A stretch of 63,616 nucleotides of DNA, counting the filler, from Octopus bimaculoides (Eukaryota): assembly GCF_001194135.2 (NCBI RefSeq). It is 4 parts of 3 records of this genome, joined end to end, with 100 filler letters (N's around TTAATTAATTAA, not from the genome) between each part and the next. Parts side by side here need not be neighbours in the genome. Positions count along the whole stretch, not along the records: positions 56,567 to 63,616 come from NW_026347585.1; 3 more parts are not named here. One strand, 5' to 3'. This document shows, one piece after another, positions 61,937-63,616 of the stretch (positions are counted from its first letter, which is position 1; each line of letters opens with the position of its first letter). A program made the translations under genes and the position numbers. Below the pieces are notes generated by a model, which ran no database searches, was not told the DNA's origin, and saw nothing but the letters and a program-made list of their open reading frames with translations.

Positions 61937-62369
61937 AATTATAAGCAACTCTAACCGAGAGATGAAGCATGGTTGTAATTACAGCAAAGCTCAATGAGAA
62001 CAATCTCTGCTGAAACCTCACCTTCTGCTTTTAAATCTACATTTTCTCTCGCCAGGGGTGTATAAATCTGAAAATTGCTTTAGCTTTCGTTGACTTGTAG
62101 TCACGCTAATTGCCAGTTCTACATCGACAGATGATTTATCGCAGATATTCGTTCGTTATGTAAATAGTCTCGCTGAGTTGAACACGCGTCGTTCTAACCG
62201 AACCGAAATTGATGAGAGATAACTGGGTCAACCTCATGCGAAATTCCTTCTGTTATGCTAGGCCAGTAAGCTTTTCGCCCTGGGGCTTGTTAACGGCGAC
62301 AGCGAAACTGTTGTAGAGTAAGAATAGATATATTTTCTTTAATAAAACTCGCCCAGACATATGCATATG

Positions 62370-62494
62370 TATACATGTATGCCTACACATCGCACATAGA
62401 CTTATATTGTATAAATATATATATATACACACAAACACACGCGTATACATATATTTATATATACACATATATATGCATATATATACATATATGC

Positions 62495-62549
<55 letters not shown>

Positions 62550-62748
62550 CATACATATATATATATATACATACATATATATATATACATATAAACAAAC
62601 GCACACGTATATATGTGTATGTATATACAAATGCATTGCGTTATACATACATTTGTGTATGTAGATATATGTAGATAGACATTATAAACATACATACTCG
62701 TATACACATATACAAACATATATACGTATACACAGTCATGTATATATA

Positions 62749-62782
<34 letters not shown>

Positions 62783-62910
62783 TATGTAGAGATATGCATA
62801 AATATTTATATATGCATATATATGTACATATATACATGTATACATGTATATATTACGTACAAGTGAACTTGCATACATGCATACATACATACATACATAC
62901 ATATACACAT
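62370..62910. repeat. Compound (TA)/(CATA) microsatellite
   Basis: Direct reading. Confidence 0.95.
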
Positions 62911-63616
62911 GTCTAACGTGTATAGTAAATGATTCGGACTTTGACTTGAGGTTGTGTAAAAACTAAAACAATTATATCGGAAGTCATCTTAGCCAGTGAA
63001 AAACACACAAAAACACTGTAGAAAAACATGTTGAGTATTATTTTCATTTACTTCTTGAGATGTTCATATTTCTGCCACAGAGTTGCAACCAGTTCGCTAA
63101 TAGAAGTAACATTGAAACTGTTTAAAATTTAGCTGAGGATCAGTGCCTAAAGTCTTCGAAGTCTTTTTCTTTTTATCTCAACAACAGAGATTCGACTCCT
63201 TGTCATCTGTCAGTGACCAGCCACGTTTACTCACTACTTGTCCCTTCGTCGGTGTGTATACAACTTTTTCTCCTCGGTCGGTGAACGACCAACATTAATC
63301 ACCATTCTTCATCCGTTCTATAGCCTGCGTACAACCCTCTGTTTACCTTCGTCTTCAAACCATTTTATTTCTTCTTTTTTTGTCTGCTCTTTTTCTTTTT
63401 TCCTTCAATGTTAACTTTGAATTTAAGTACGACTCGTTCGTCATTGCTTATATCATTACAAATCTCTTTCGGGCTACAAGTCTCTACAGAATCGGCTCCT
63501 CTGGTGAAGATTGAATTATATTTTGTACATGTTAAGAGGGCGTGTGACATATGCTAATGTAGTAGAATGTATAAACCAATATATATATATATATATATAC
63601 ACACACATACATTCGC

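Noticed and set aside
63060-63290. Two AG acceptors with short open frames
   Set aside because: Donors are weak or absent and the peptides are unrecognisable.

Overview
AT-rich eukaryotic draft-assembly sequence with many N gaps and abundant (TA)n/(CA)n/(TAA)n/(GAA)n microsatellites. The repeat landscape is typical of a coleoid cephalopod, most likely Octopus; this is inferred from the repeat families and has not been checked against a database. No host protein-coding gene can be confidently called, and most listed ORFs are microsatellite or gap read-throughs. The window is a mosaic of mobile elements. DNA transposons include Tigger/pogo, Tc2/pogo, mariner, Tc1 and hAT remnants, several MITEs, and a Helitron with both termini. 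Retroelements include RTE, Penelope-like, Dong/R4 and Gypsy remnants plus at least four tRNA-derived SINE families. Two results stand out. First, there is a set of minimal type-I hammerhead ribozyme motifs of several unrelated sequence types: one apparently intact with a G3:C8 covariation (26661-26711, minus), and two palindromes made of back-to-back hammerhead cores (1595-1672 and 36515-36589). Second, there is a ~2 kb retroelement at 59893-61936 with a 17-bp target-site duplication and a poly(A) end that appears to encode only a Tx1/L1-type ORF1 (gag-like) protein. All calls were made by eye; boundaries of decayed repeats are approximate.
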